DNA of 64,000 nt from Auanema rhodensis (Eukaryota > Animalia > Nematoda). This document shows, in pieces, positions 1 to 10,934 of the stretch. Within the stretch, counting starts at the first letter, position 1; each line of letters begins with the position of its first letter. The DNA is taken from positions 18,848,001 through 18,912,000 of the forward strand of contig OZ059896.1 in assembly GCA_964057225.1 (NCBI GenBank), read 5' to 3'. Position numbers and translations under genes: made by a program. Under the pieces are notes generated by a model. It was given only the letters and a program-made list of their open reading frames with translations. It made no database searches and was not told where the DNA came from.

Positions 1-417
1 ACTATTAATGGCCCTTATCTCGTCCACTATCTCACTTTCATTGAGTTGGAAAATCTCACAAATGAATTTAGTTGTTTCCGCTCGTTTATCAGCTAACTTC
101 AGAGTATTACCCAACTCTGAAGGCTTTTTGAGCCCACTCTTGTTCATTACTGTAATAATGGACTGGATAAATCTCCAATTTTGCCCTTTTCGCAATTCAC
201 TAGCTAAATTTTGCTTCATTGAGTTTATCAAATTAGCAACTTTCTGCTCTGCTCTCCTTTTCTCAGCAGAATTTCTGATTTTTTCCGTAAAATCTTTACG
301 TAAACAATCATTCAACGGCTCAATAGCCGATAATATTTCAGAGATGAATGAATTCAACATTACCTCTTCAAATGCGCTCTCGAAGTCCATATCGAGCAAT
401 TCATTCACAAATGACAT
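1..417 (-). CDS. Unknown, probably helical protein (MSFVNELLDMDFESAFEEVMLNSF...), at least 139 aa, runs off the left edge; absent from the ORF track
   Basis: Manual translation: ATG at 417 and no stop in 139 codons to position 1. It is preceded by a T-rich acceptor-like TTTTTTTTCATTGATAG 5 nt upstream. The + strand ORF 8..511 looks like its antisense shadow. Confidence 0.6.
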   Translation of the reverse strand, partial: MSFVNELLDMDFESAFEEVMLNSFISEILSAIEPLNDCLRKDFTEKIRNSAEKRRAEQKVANLINSMKQNLASELRKGQNWRFIQSIITVMNKSGLKKPSELGNTLKLADKRAETTKFICEIFQLNESEIVDEIRAINS

Positions 418-2006
418 TTCACCTATCAATGAAAAAAAATTACTAGAAATTCCTCTACTAATTTATTGCTATTTGAAAGAACCAAACAAGCACTTATATC
501 AAGAAAATTGAATTTACTTGATATTAGTTACTACTACCCAAGTTCTGAATGTAGTTCACAGCGGAAGAAATCAGAAAAAGTGTTTAAAAGAAAACACTTT
601 AACCAAAAACAACCGTACAACAATATACCAAGAGACACTGTTGTTACCAACACTGTCAAATGATAATTGTTCTGTAAACTTCACTTTTATTCGGCAAATA
701 CCAAACAAAATTGAATGAATACAAACAGAACCCTATTCAGGTAGCAGTGACTTTTTCACCAAACTCTATTCGAGCTTTCAAACAGGGTTATATGAGCAAT
801 TAGCTCAACCCAAACAATAAAATAGTGAAGACCGGTTCGGCCCCCAAATCAAAGAACGAAAAATAAAAAGAGAAAGATTTATTAAAGAAAACAAAAAAAA
901 ATACAAAAAAATTCAAGAGAAAATTCCAAACTGAAAAAAATATAAAAAAATTCCTTATCACAATAATTTTAGGACAAAAAACAACTAAATATTGTTTTAA
1001 TCAGATTACGGTAGTTGATTATCAACAGTTCACTGTTTACCAACAATCTCTAAATGGAGCGCGATTACTATGGATTGTTTTATCAATGGGTCATTTTATT
1101 CAAATTATTCATTTTATTTAATTTTTTCATGAATAATTGTTATCTTAATATTTTATATAAATTATATTATATATTTATCTTTATTTATACTATTCATTTT
1201 AGTATCTATAGCCATATTCTTGACACTCCTTTATATATATATATATATTTATGTACAAAACTATTCTATACTAGTACTATATTCCTACTATATTCCTACT
1301 ATATTCCTATTTTATTTTTCTTTTATCTTCTTTTAAATTTTATCTTTTTCCCTCTCTTATTACTATTATTTTTTCTCTTCTTCCTAATATAACCCAGAAA
1401 ACAGCCAAATAATTTTGAAATTTTTTATCTGAATCCCGAACCTAAGATTTACAATTTTGCATTTTGATCCTAAAAGTAGCCCGTGAGAAGCAATACCAGA
1501 CTGTCTCGAGAACTGAGCGGAGGCAACCACTATTTTTGATATAAGACGTACGCATTCCTGATTTTGAAGATCCCTTTTTGGTCCTATTTTTGCAAATTTG
1601 AAAATTACGACAGAATTAGTCGAGAATGAAAGTGTTAGAGTGGTCTCACCATGAAAAATCAGGGGAGCAGAATTTCGTTAAGGGGGCGATTTCTGTGATT
1701 TTTCATAGGCAAGAGAAGTCTGGGAAAGTGAATGTACGAGGCCTGAGCACCTAATCTTGTCGAAAGACTGAAAGGGAATACTGCTTAGATCACCGTCGTA
1801 TATTTCACGCCTATTCGAGAGATGGGAACTTGATCCTAGAAAGGGCGCACCGGTCACAGGCCCGTGTATGTACCCGATTGAGCAATTCTCCGTTAGAAGA
1901 TTCGCTGCAGGCTGGCCCCCTAGCAAGCGTCACGCATACAACCCCATATTGCCTCTCACGTTGTATATATATTTTTATAAGATTCGCATCGTTGGTATAA
2001 TAATTT

Positions 2007-2767
2007 CCTTTCCAGGAAAACCAACAAGATGACGGACTCGAAGAGTAAAAATCCTCCGCAGGATAAAACAAATCCACAGAGCGCAGCCCCCCGTAATGAT
2101 ACGCACGTCGAGCCAGTACTCGAGCAGAATCAAAGAAAGAGAGGACCTCCAAATGTTTATGAGCCGGACACGAAGCGCCGACCTACTGCTGCAAAAAAAA
2201 ACCACCCGCTATACCGGGTACCCCCACGAAAAAAATAGGCACAACAGTTATCAAAACTTCTCGCCACGCTATTACTCTTAGAAAAATTAAAACGTCTGTT
2301 AACAAACAAACTCCTAAACGCAATTCTAACGTTATCAAAAGCTCTAGCTATGTTAGCACAAATACTTCCCCTTGTAAAGATTATTCTCAAATATCATTTT
2401 CATACCCAAATACTGCTATTCTTTCTTCTCCGCTTCCTCGAAATTCACCAAACTATCAGAGAAAATAGAAGAAAACGCAAGAAAAGAATTATATGAGGAA
2501 CGGAAGAAGGAGCCACCCACAATTAAGAAATGGAGTTCAGCACTTAAATTGGCATTGGGATTAGAAGATAATTCCCCTACAACGCCGGCAAAACCTTATC
2601 ATGTGCCGATAAGGTATCACAGCACCATACCAGTAACAGAGCCGAAGAAGAGAGTTTCGAAGAGTCAGATCCCGGACCCAAACTTCGTGGCACCAACAGT
2701 ACCAGTCATCCATAAGAAAAGACTATCAACAGTTATTGGGACTACAAGTAAGAAGCTAGAACAATAG
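2007..2767 (+). other. Possible spliced or frameshifted basic, Pro-rich coding region
   Basis: TTTCCAG acceptor 15 nt before ATG 2029 (69-aa ORF, stop directly after an A-run); a second open frame at about 2378-2767. No recognisable domain. Confidence 0.25.
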
Positions 2768-3130
2768 TAAAAATCCATAATTTCTATATAAAAATCACAA
2801 AAAGTATAATACCATTTTCATAATTTTCATCTAAACTTGAACCTATATATAATTTTTTTTTCTCATTTAAGTAATACATAAAATTCTACACAAATTATTA
2901 TACATTTTTATTTTTCACTCTCATAAAAATATTGTATTAATAACCAAAAAATTTCAAAAAAAAATTATACATCATACTTGGAATCTTTCAAAAATCACTG
3001 CAAAGTTTTAATCAACAATCTTCATCACTTTTTCACCTAACTGGTCAAAAAGGAGGCGACAAAAAGGAAGGAACAGACCGACCTAGTTTTAAAAAGGATA
3101 AAAGGACAGAAAACAGTAACAAAGATAACA

Positions 3131-3733
3131 ATGTCCACCCAACTTCCTGAAGCCGTCGAAATTCCCCTCATGATGGCCAAAAAGAGATGGCTTTCAATTC
3201 AACTATTAGTAAGAGAATTGAAGCAGCTAGGCGCCAATACCATCGCCAACCGCCCCAGGAAAGAGAAGATCCTGAAAGAGTTAGTTCAAGGACTAACAAG
3301 AGCGAACACCAGTACTGAAACGCTCAAAATCCTATGTTACCAATACGACAAGGATCAACTGTCGGAGGTTGACCACTGCATAGGACCATGGACCAACACA
3401 GCAGGAGTCATCCGAGATGCCATTGCTGAACTAAGGGACCAACTAGGTTATTCACCTAGTTGCGATTTACCAGAACAGCAGACACCAAACTGGATTATTG
3501 CCGAGACCCATTCGGCCTATCAAGAATGGAGCCTGCAACATTGCAGCGAACTGCCATCCACAGAGGCAAGAAAAAGCATTATAAATGCTCTACAAATATT
3601 TCTGGCATCACCAGCAACCACCAAGGAAGATATGGAAAGAAAAACGGATTTATGCAACAAGACTATGGATCTTCTCCACGACCTAGGGTCATCACCATTA
3701 CCAGAGATACACCAGTATTATGAAGAAGACTAA
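3131..3733 (+). CDS. 200-aa protein of unknown function, putative accessory ORF of element A
   Basis: True ATG with A at -3, GC content above the AT-rich flanks, normal globular composition; ends about 200 bp before the LTR. Confidence 0.6.
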   Translation: MSTQLPEAVEIPLMMAKKRWLSIQLLVRELKQLGANTIANRPRKEKILKELVQGLTRANTSTETLKILCYQYDKDQLSEVDHCIGPWTNTAGVIRDAIAELRDQLGYSPSCDLPEQQTPNWIIAETHSAYQEWSLQHCSELPSTEARKSIINALQIFLASPATTKEDMERKTDLCNKTMDLLHDLGSSPLPEIHQYYEED

Positions 3734-3935
3734 AAAGAACTTTTGAAAGATTCCCAGTATGATATATGATATATTATTTTGTAATTACATTGTTTTCCTT
3801 TATTTTTTCTCATAAAAGTGTTCTGTATTATCAGTATTCTTTTATTTTTTGAAACATTTCATACAACTTTCACATTTGCATGGAATTTCACTTTCTCGAT
3901 GTAGCTGAGGTCAGCTACTTTTTAGATATTAGGCA

Positions 3936-4348
3936 TGTTCCATACGTGTCCTATGAGTAGAGCGATTGACAACGTCAATCGCTTATAAAACGGAACATTA
4001 TAAAAACAAATAGCTGACGCTACATTTGAGAAACAGGAATTCAATGCAACAATGAACGAACACTTTTTCATATTAAGTTTAATTAAAGAAAGCCCAATTC
4101 AAGCGGAACCAAGTTCCGCGGACCTGATATAACCACTTTTTATGCTCGTAAGGAATACTATATAAGGTTTCCTTACGAGTCCTTTGGGCTGCGACTAGGA
4201 ATCATTATGTAACTTTTATTATTGTAATTTGTATACTTTATCATAAATAAACCTTTCTCTCTATACTCTTTATCATTTATATTTGGAAGAAAAGAAAATA
4301 ATTCCATGTGGTTACCCAGCCGGAACCCTGGGGAACCACCATGGAACG
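3936..4348 (+). repeat. 3' LTR of family A (413 bp; TGTTCCAT...ATGGAACG)
   Basis: 7/8 terminal inverted repeat; preceded by GGCA like the family C 3' LTR; TATATAA near 4159; AATAAACCTTT at 4246-4256; U5 hairpin; abuts array spacer. No second copy in the window. Confidence 0.75.
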
Positions 4349-4593
4349 GTAGTTAATTTTTTTTATCGATTCTAGGTCTGAAAAAATAATAATATGAAAT
4401 AATACTTTTATTTTAGTACCTTATGAGAAAACCTTCTTGAAATTTTAGATATTTTCTCACTCTGAATAGGAACATTCTCGAGAATATTAACACTACATTT
4501 GTTTTACTGCTAGTATTTTTTTCAATTGTTTGAGATAATACAGAATAACACATGTAAACTATCAGGTAATGATTTTTTTAAAACAAAAAATAA

Positions 4594-4666
4594 CGACCCT
4601 GGCAGGACTCGAACCTACAATCTTCGGATCCGAAGTCCGACGCCTTATCCATTAGGCCACAAGGCC
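4594..4666 (-). tRNA. tRNA-Arg(TCG), first copy
   Basis: 73 nt, full cloverleaf, anticodon loop CT-TCG-GA, A box TGGCCTAATGG, B box GGTTCGAGTCC, no encoded CCA, T6 trailer. Confidence 0.97.
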
Positions 4667-4969
4667 ATGTAAATCGCATTCAAATTAGACAATTTGTATA
4701 ACCCAACCCAGTAACTCACTAAAATGTAGTTGATTTTTTCATCGATTCTAGGTCTGAAAAAAGAATAATATGAAATAATACTTTTATTTTAGTACCTTAT
4801 GAGAAAACCTTCGGAGAATTTTTGATATTTTCTCACTCTGAATAGGAACATTCTCGAGAATATTATCACTGCATTTGTTTTACTGCTAGTATTTTTTTCA
4901 ATTGTATGAGATAATACAGAATAAAACATGTAATTTATCAGGTAATGATTTTTTTAAAACAAAAAATAA

Positions 4970-4999
4970 CGACCCTGGCAGGACTCGAACCTACAATCT
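4970..4999 (-). pseudogene. tRNA-Arg 3' fragment (nt 44-73) fused to pol
   Basis: CGACCCTGGCAGGACTCGAACCTACAATCT runs directly into pol sequence at 5000. Confidence 0.9.
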
Positions 5000-5032
5000 A
5001 CGACAGCACATTTAAAAGATATTGAAGAAGTC

Positions 5033-6418
5033 TTGGAAGCAGTAACTCAAATAGGATTCAAAATAAAACTGAAGAAATGCGCATTCGCAAGAAAGGAAGT
5101 AAAATTTCTAGGATACATAGTTGGACAAGAAGGAATTAAACCGGACCCACATAAAATTAAGGCAATACAAGATTATCCCCAACCAAAATCAACAACAGGA
5201 GTAAGAGCTTTCATGGGAGTAGTAAACTACTTCAGAAGGTTCATAAAGAACGCTGCAGGAATAGCAACACCACTCTACAACCTCACTCGGAAAGACACTC
5301 CGTTCAAATGGACAGAAGAAGAAGAAATTGCTTTTAATACTTTGAAGAAAACATTGACTCAAGCACCTGTGTTACAAGCACCAATCCCGAAGCGACCATA
5401 TGTTATTGAAAGTGATGGAAGTATGATAGCAGTTGGCGCTGTACTACTTCAAGCGAAAGACGATCAAGAACCATTACATCCAATAGCTTTTGCTAGTCGG
5501 AAACTCAACAAAGCTGAAAGGAATTATCCACCAATAGAAGTAGAAGCATTAGCTCTTACATTCGCCGTCAAACAATTTCGCACCTACATACTAGGAACAG
5601 CAACCAAAATTATCACGGACCATAGACCACTCACTAGTTTAATGACTAGAAAGGATTTAATAGGTCGTTTAGCAAAATTTCAAATTGTTTTACAAGAATA
5701 CGATATTGAAATTATCTACAGACCAGGAAAATTAAACAGTGTATGTGACGCATTATCACGATATTTTGAAGATGAAATCAACGAAGCAAAACCACCAGCA
5801 AAGAAGAAAAACGAAAGAAAAACGACGGAAGATACTATTCATCAGATAAACACCTTCACGATAGCAGATATTCGATCAGTTCAGAATCAATCAAATTGGA
5901 TAAAAGAAACTATGGATAAAATAAAGAATAATACAGCTGGACGACAACTGACGGACAGATATATTGTGTACAACGATGTACTATACTCAAAACCAAAAAG
6001 AAGCCTACAAGTACCACGAACAATTTTACCACGAGAAGAGCACATAATTAATCCAATTATGAAGAAATTTCATGAAGATCCGACACTCGGAGCTCATCTA
6101 GGAATAAACAAAACAATGGACTCAATATCAAGACGATTTACATGGACTGGAATGCAAGAAGACATTACAAACTACATCAACAGATGTCTTGCTTGTGCGA
6201 AAAGAAAGAACAACCCTCACGAAGCAACGGTGAAACCAATGAAAAATTTTCCAACATCAACAAAACCATGGCAAAGAGTACACATGGATATACTCGGACC
6301 ATTACCTAGGACAGAACAAGAAAACAGATATGTTCTTTCAATTCAAGATTCTTTTTCAAAATGGATAATCGCAATTCCGCTAATCAGACAAACAGATTCA
6401 GATAATATGATAAGATGA
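5033..6418 (+). pseudogene. pol: Truncated Ty3/gypsy pol: RT C-terminus, RNase H, integrase HHCC and start of the core
   Basis: KKCAFARKEVKFLG, VIESDGS...EALAL...TDHRPL, FHEDP..AHLG..CLAC, WQRVHMDILGPL. Lacks the YxDD region and most of the IN core. Confidence 0.93.
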
Positions 6419-6829
6419 TTAAGATTGAGAGGTATAGAAGCAATATTCTTTTTTTATTTCTTAATTCTAAATTAATTTTATAAAGAACTTAACTATTTTT
6501 GTTCAAAAAATGTGAAAATAAACTTATAATTCTTAGAAAAGTTAATTATTGAATTTGAATAATTTTCGTATATAGGATTTTGGATAGAGAGAATGATAAA
6601 TGATATAAGTACTCTTATGAATAATTGAAAATGATTTATGAGAATATAATGAATGGAAAACTGAGTTTTTGTAAAGAGTTTTTGGATATAATTTTTTAAT
6701 AGAAAAGTTTTAGAGTTTTTAAGAAAATATTATAAGCTAACTTTAAGAGAGAGATAAGATTTTTAATTGAATGAGAGATGTAGACGGTAGCGCTTGAGTT
6801 CCTTTACGAGATCCTGTCCAAAAGGAAGG

Positions 6830-6847
6830 ATCTCGGTGGAACCTCCA
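6830..6847 (-). promoter_or_regulatory. Primer-binding site for tRNA-Gln (18 nt)
   Basis: The + strand ATCTCGGTGGAACCTCCA equals the 3' end plus CCA of metazoan tRNA-Gln (tRNA sequence recalled from memory). Confidence 0.9.
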
Positions 6848-7264
6848 CGTTCCATTTAGATTCCCAATGGTTCCATGTTGAGAGATCCAAACAGACTATG
6901 AGACGATGAGTATGATTTTAAATATAAGTGTGTAATGTAAGGTGAAATAAGAAACAAAAGATGAAATATATAAAGGTTTATTGTTCGCATTATAATATAA
7001 TTATACAAAGATTAAAGCTAAAGTTAAGAAAGAGAATATAAAGAAGATAAAGAGAAAGTAAGATAATGAGATAATGAGATGCCTGAGTCTTGAGGACTCA
7101 GGTTTATATATCCATACAACTCCTACTCAGTTTACACAAATTGTTACAAAGCTTATAAAAAGTGCATCTAGAATATTCTCAGAATTGCTTAAAAACTATC
7201 TGCATTAGTTTAATAATAGCAGCTGCCATGGTCAGCTGCTTTCCTTTGAGATATGTATGTAACA
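6848..7264 (-). repeat. 5' LTR of family B (417 bp; TGTTACAT...ATGGAACG on minus)
   Basis: Bounded by the PBS and array spacer; TATATAAA near 7105 and AATAAACCTTT at 6972-6982 on minus. Confidence 0.85.
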
Positions 7265-8639
7265 AATGTAGTTGATTTTTTCATCGATTCTAGGTCTGAA
7301 AAAATAATAATATGCAATAATACTTTTATTTTAGTACCTTATGAGAAAACCTTCGGAGAATTTTTGAAATTTTCTCACTCTGAATAGGAACATTCTCGAG
7401 AATATTATCACTGCATTTGTTTTACTGCTAGTATTTTTTTCAATTGTATGAGATAATACAGAATAAAACATGTAATTTATCAGGTAATGTTTTTTTTAAA
7501 ACAAAAAATCACGACCCTGGCAGGACTCGAACCTACAATCTTCGGATCCGAAGTCCGACGCCTTATCCATTAGGCCACAAGGCCATGTAAATCGCATTCA
7601 AATTAGACAATTTGTATAACCCAACCCAGTAACTCACTAAAATGTAGTTGATTTTTTCATCGATTCTAGGTCTGAAAAAATAATAATATGCAATAATACT
7701 TTTATTTTAGTACCTTATGAGAAAACCTTCGGAGAATTTTTGAAATTTTCTCACTCTGAATAGGAACATTCTCGAGAATATTATCACTGCATTTGTTTTA
7801 CTGCTAGTATTTTTTTCAATTGTATGAGATAATACAGAATAAAACATGTAATTTATCAGGTAATGATTTTTTTAAAACAAAGAATAACGACCCTGGCAGG
7901 ACTCGAACCTACAATCTTCGGATCCGAAGTCCGACGCCTTATCCATTAGGCCACAAGGCCATGCAAATCGCATTCAAATTAGACAATTTGTATAACCCAA
8001 CCCAGTAACTCACTAAAATGTAGTTGATTTTTTCATCGATTCTAGGTCTGAAAAAATGATAATATGAAATAATACTTTTATTTTAGTACCTTATGAGAAA
8101 ACCTTCTTGAAATTTTAGATATTTTCTCACTCTGAATAGGAACATTCTCGAGAATATTAACACTACATTTGTTTTACTGCTAGTATTTTTTTCAATTGTT
8201 TGAGATAATACAGAATAACACATGTAAACTATCAGGTAATGATTTTTTTAAAACAAAAAATAACGACCCTGGCAGGACTCGAACCTACAATCTTCGGATC
8301 CGAAGTCCGACGCCTTATCCATTAGGCCACAAGGCCATGTAAATCGCATTCAAATTAGACAATTTGTATAACCCAACCCAGTAACTCACTAAAATGTAGT
8401 TGATTTTTTCATCGATTCTAGGTCTGAAAAAATAATAATATGCAATAATACTTTTATTTTAGTACCTTATGAGAAAACCTTCGGAGAATTTTTGATATTT
8501 TCTCACTCTGAATAGGAACATTCTCGAGAATATTATCACTGCATTTGTTTTACTGCTAGTATTTTTTTCAATTGTATGAGATAATACAGAATAAAACATG
8601 TAATTTATCAGGTAATGATTTTTTTAAAACAAAAAATAA

Positions 8640-8669
8640 CGACCCTGGCAGGACTCGAACCTACAATCT
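8640..8669 (-). pseudogene. tRNA-Arg 3' fragment fused to pol (duplicate)
   Basis: Same junction as 4970-4999, offset by 3670. Confidence 0.9.
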
Positions 8670-10934
8670 ACGACAGCACATTTAAAAGATATTGAAGAAG
8701 TCTTGGAAGCAGTAACTCAAATAGGATTCAAAATAAAACTGAAGAAATGCGCATTCGCAAGAAAGGAAGTAAAATTTCTAGGATACATAGTTGGACAAGA
8801 AGGAATTAAACCGGACCCACATAAAATTAAGGCAATACAAGATTATCCCCAACCAAAATCAACAACAGGAGTAAGAGCTTTCATGGGAGTAGTAAACTAC
8901 TTCAGAAGGTTCATAAAGAACGCTGCAGGAATAGCAACACCACTCTACAACCTCACTCGGAAAGACACTCCGTTCAAATGGACAGAAGAAGAAGAAATTG
9001 CTTTTAATACTTTGAAGAAAACATTGACTCAAGCACCTGTGTTACAAGCACCAATCCCGAAGCGACCATATGTTATTGAAAGTGATGGAAGTATGATAGC
9101 AGTTGGCGCTGTACTACTTCAAGCGAAAGACGATCAAGAACCATTACATCCAATAGCTTTTGCTAGTCGGAAACTCAACAAAGCTGAAAGGAATTATCCA
9201 CCAATAGAAGTAGAAGCATTAGCTCTTACATTCGCCGTCAAACAATTTCGCACCTACATACTAGGAACAGCAACCAAAATTATCACGGACCATAGACCAC
9301 TCACTAGTTTAATGACTAGAAAGGATTTAATAGGTCGTTTAGCAAAATTTCAAATTGTTTTACAAGAATACGATATTGAAATTATCTACAGACCAGGAAA
9401 ATTAAACAGTGTATGTGACGCATTATCACGATATTTTGAAGATGAAATCAACGAAGCAAAACCACCAGCAAAGAAGAAAAACGAAAGAAAAACGACGGAA
9501 GATACTATTCATCAGATAAACACCTTCACGATAGCAGATATTCGATCAGTTCAGAATCAATCAAATTGGATAAAAGAAACTATGGATAAAATAAAGAATA
9601 ATACAGCTGGACGACAACTGACGGACAGATATATTGTGTACAACGATGTACTATACTCAAAACCAAAAAGAAGCCTACAAGTACCACGAACAATTTTACC
9701 ACGAGAAGAGCACATAATTAATCCAATTATGAAGAAATTTCATGAAGATCCGACACTCGGAGCTCATCTAGGAATAAACAAAACAATGGACTCAATATCA
9801 AGACGATTTACATGGACTGGAATGCAAGAAGACATTACAAACTACATCAACAGATGTCTTGCTTGTGCGAAAAGAAAGAACAACCCTCACGAAGCAACGG
9901 TGAAACCAATGAAAAATTTTCCAACATCAACAAAACCATGGCAAAGAGTACACATGGATATACTCGGACCATTACCTAGGACAGAACAAGAAAACAGATA
10001 TGTTCTTTCAATTCAAGATTCTTTTTCAAAATGGATAATCGCAATTCCGCTAATCAGACAAACAGATTCAGATAATATGATAAGATGATTAAGATTGAGA
10101 GGTATAGAAGCAATATTCTTTTTTTATTTCTTAATTCTAAATTAATTTTATAAAGAACTTAACTATTTTTGTTCAAAAAATGTGAAAATAAACTTATAAT
10201 TCTTAGAAAAGTTAATTATTGAATTTGAATAATTTTCGTATATAGGATTTTGGATAGAGAGAATGATAAATGATATAAGTACTCTTATGAATAATTGAAA
10301 ATGATTTATGAGAATATAATGAATGGAAAACTGAGTTTTTGTAAAGAGTTTTTGGATATAATTTTTTAATAGAAAAGTTTTAGAGTTTTTAAGAAAATAT
10401 TATAAGCTAACTTTAAGAGAGAGATAAGATTTTTAATTGAATGAGAGATGTAGACGGTAGCGCTTGAGTTCCTTTACGAGATCCTGTCCAAAAGGAAGGA
10501 TCTCGGTGGAACCTCCACGTTCCATTTAGATTCCCAATGGTTCCATGTTGAGAGATCCAAACAGACTATGAGACGATGAGTATGATTTTAAATATAAGTG
10601 TGTAATGTAAGGTGAAATAAGAAACAAAAGATGAAATATATAAAGGTTTATTGTTCGCATTATAATATAATTATACAAAGATTAAAGCTAAAGTTAAGAA
10701 AGAGAATATAAAGAAGATAAAGAGAAAGTAAGATAATGAGATAATGAGATGCCTGAGTCTTGAGGACTCAGGTTTATATATCCATACAACTCCTACTCAG
10801 TTTACACAAATTGTTACAAAGCTTATAAAAAGTGCATCTAGAATATTCTCAGAATTGCTTAAAAACTATCTGCATTAGTTTAATAATAGCAGCTGCCATG
10901 GTCAGCTGCTTTCCTTTGAGATATGTATGTAACA
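8670..10934. mobile_element. Fragment B, copy 2 (pol 8703-10088, PBS 10500-10517, LTR 10518-10934)
   Basis: Same 461-aa translation and same junctions as copy 1, offset by 3670 bp. Confidence 0.9.
8703..10088 (+). pseudogene. pol: Truncated Ty3/gypsy pol (duplicate)
   Basis: Identical translation to 5033..6418. Confidence 0.93.

Larger units (their letters stand above)
1..4348 (+). mobile_element. 3' portion of LTR retroelement family A (left boundary unknown, may include non-element DNA)
   Basis: Ends in an LTR-like segment whose termini and motifs match families B and C, joined directly to array spacer at 4349. No gag/pol is visible in this part. Confidence 0.5.
5000..7264. mobile_element. 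Rearranged Ty3/gypsy fragment B, copy 1: + strand pol piece joined near 6395 to a minus-strand leader, PBS and 5' LTR
   Basis: The pol ORF is on +, while the PBS (TGGAGGTTCC...) and the LTR poly(A) signal read on -. Confidence 0.9.

Noticed and set aside
8-511. 167-aa plus-strand ORF
   Set aside because: The Ser/Phe/Ile-rich composition is typical of an antisense shadow; the minus frame 417..1 is more protein-like.
1054-1392. 112-aa hydrophobic ORF
   Set aside because: Low-complexity T/A-rich DNA producing F/L/I/Y runs.
6876-7264. Alternative canonical TGTT...AACA solo LTR
   Set aside because: No TSD. The boundary at 6848 abuts the PBS and matches the GGAACG end of A and C.
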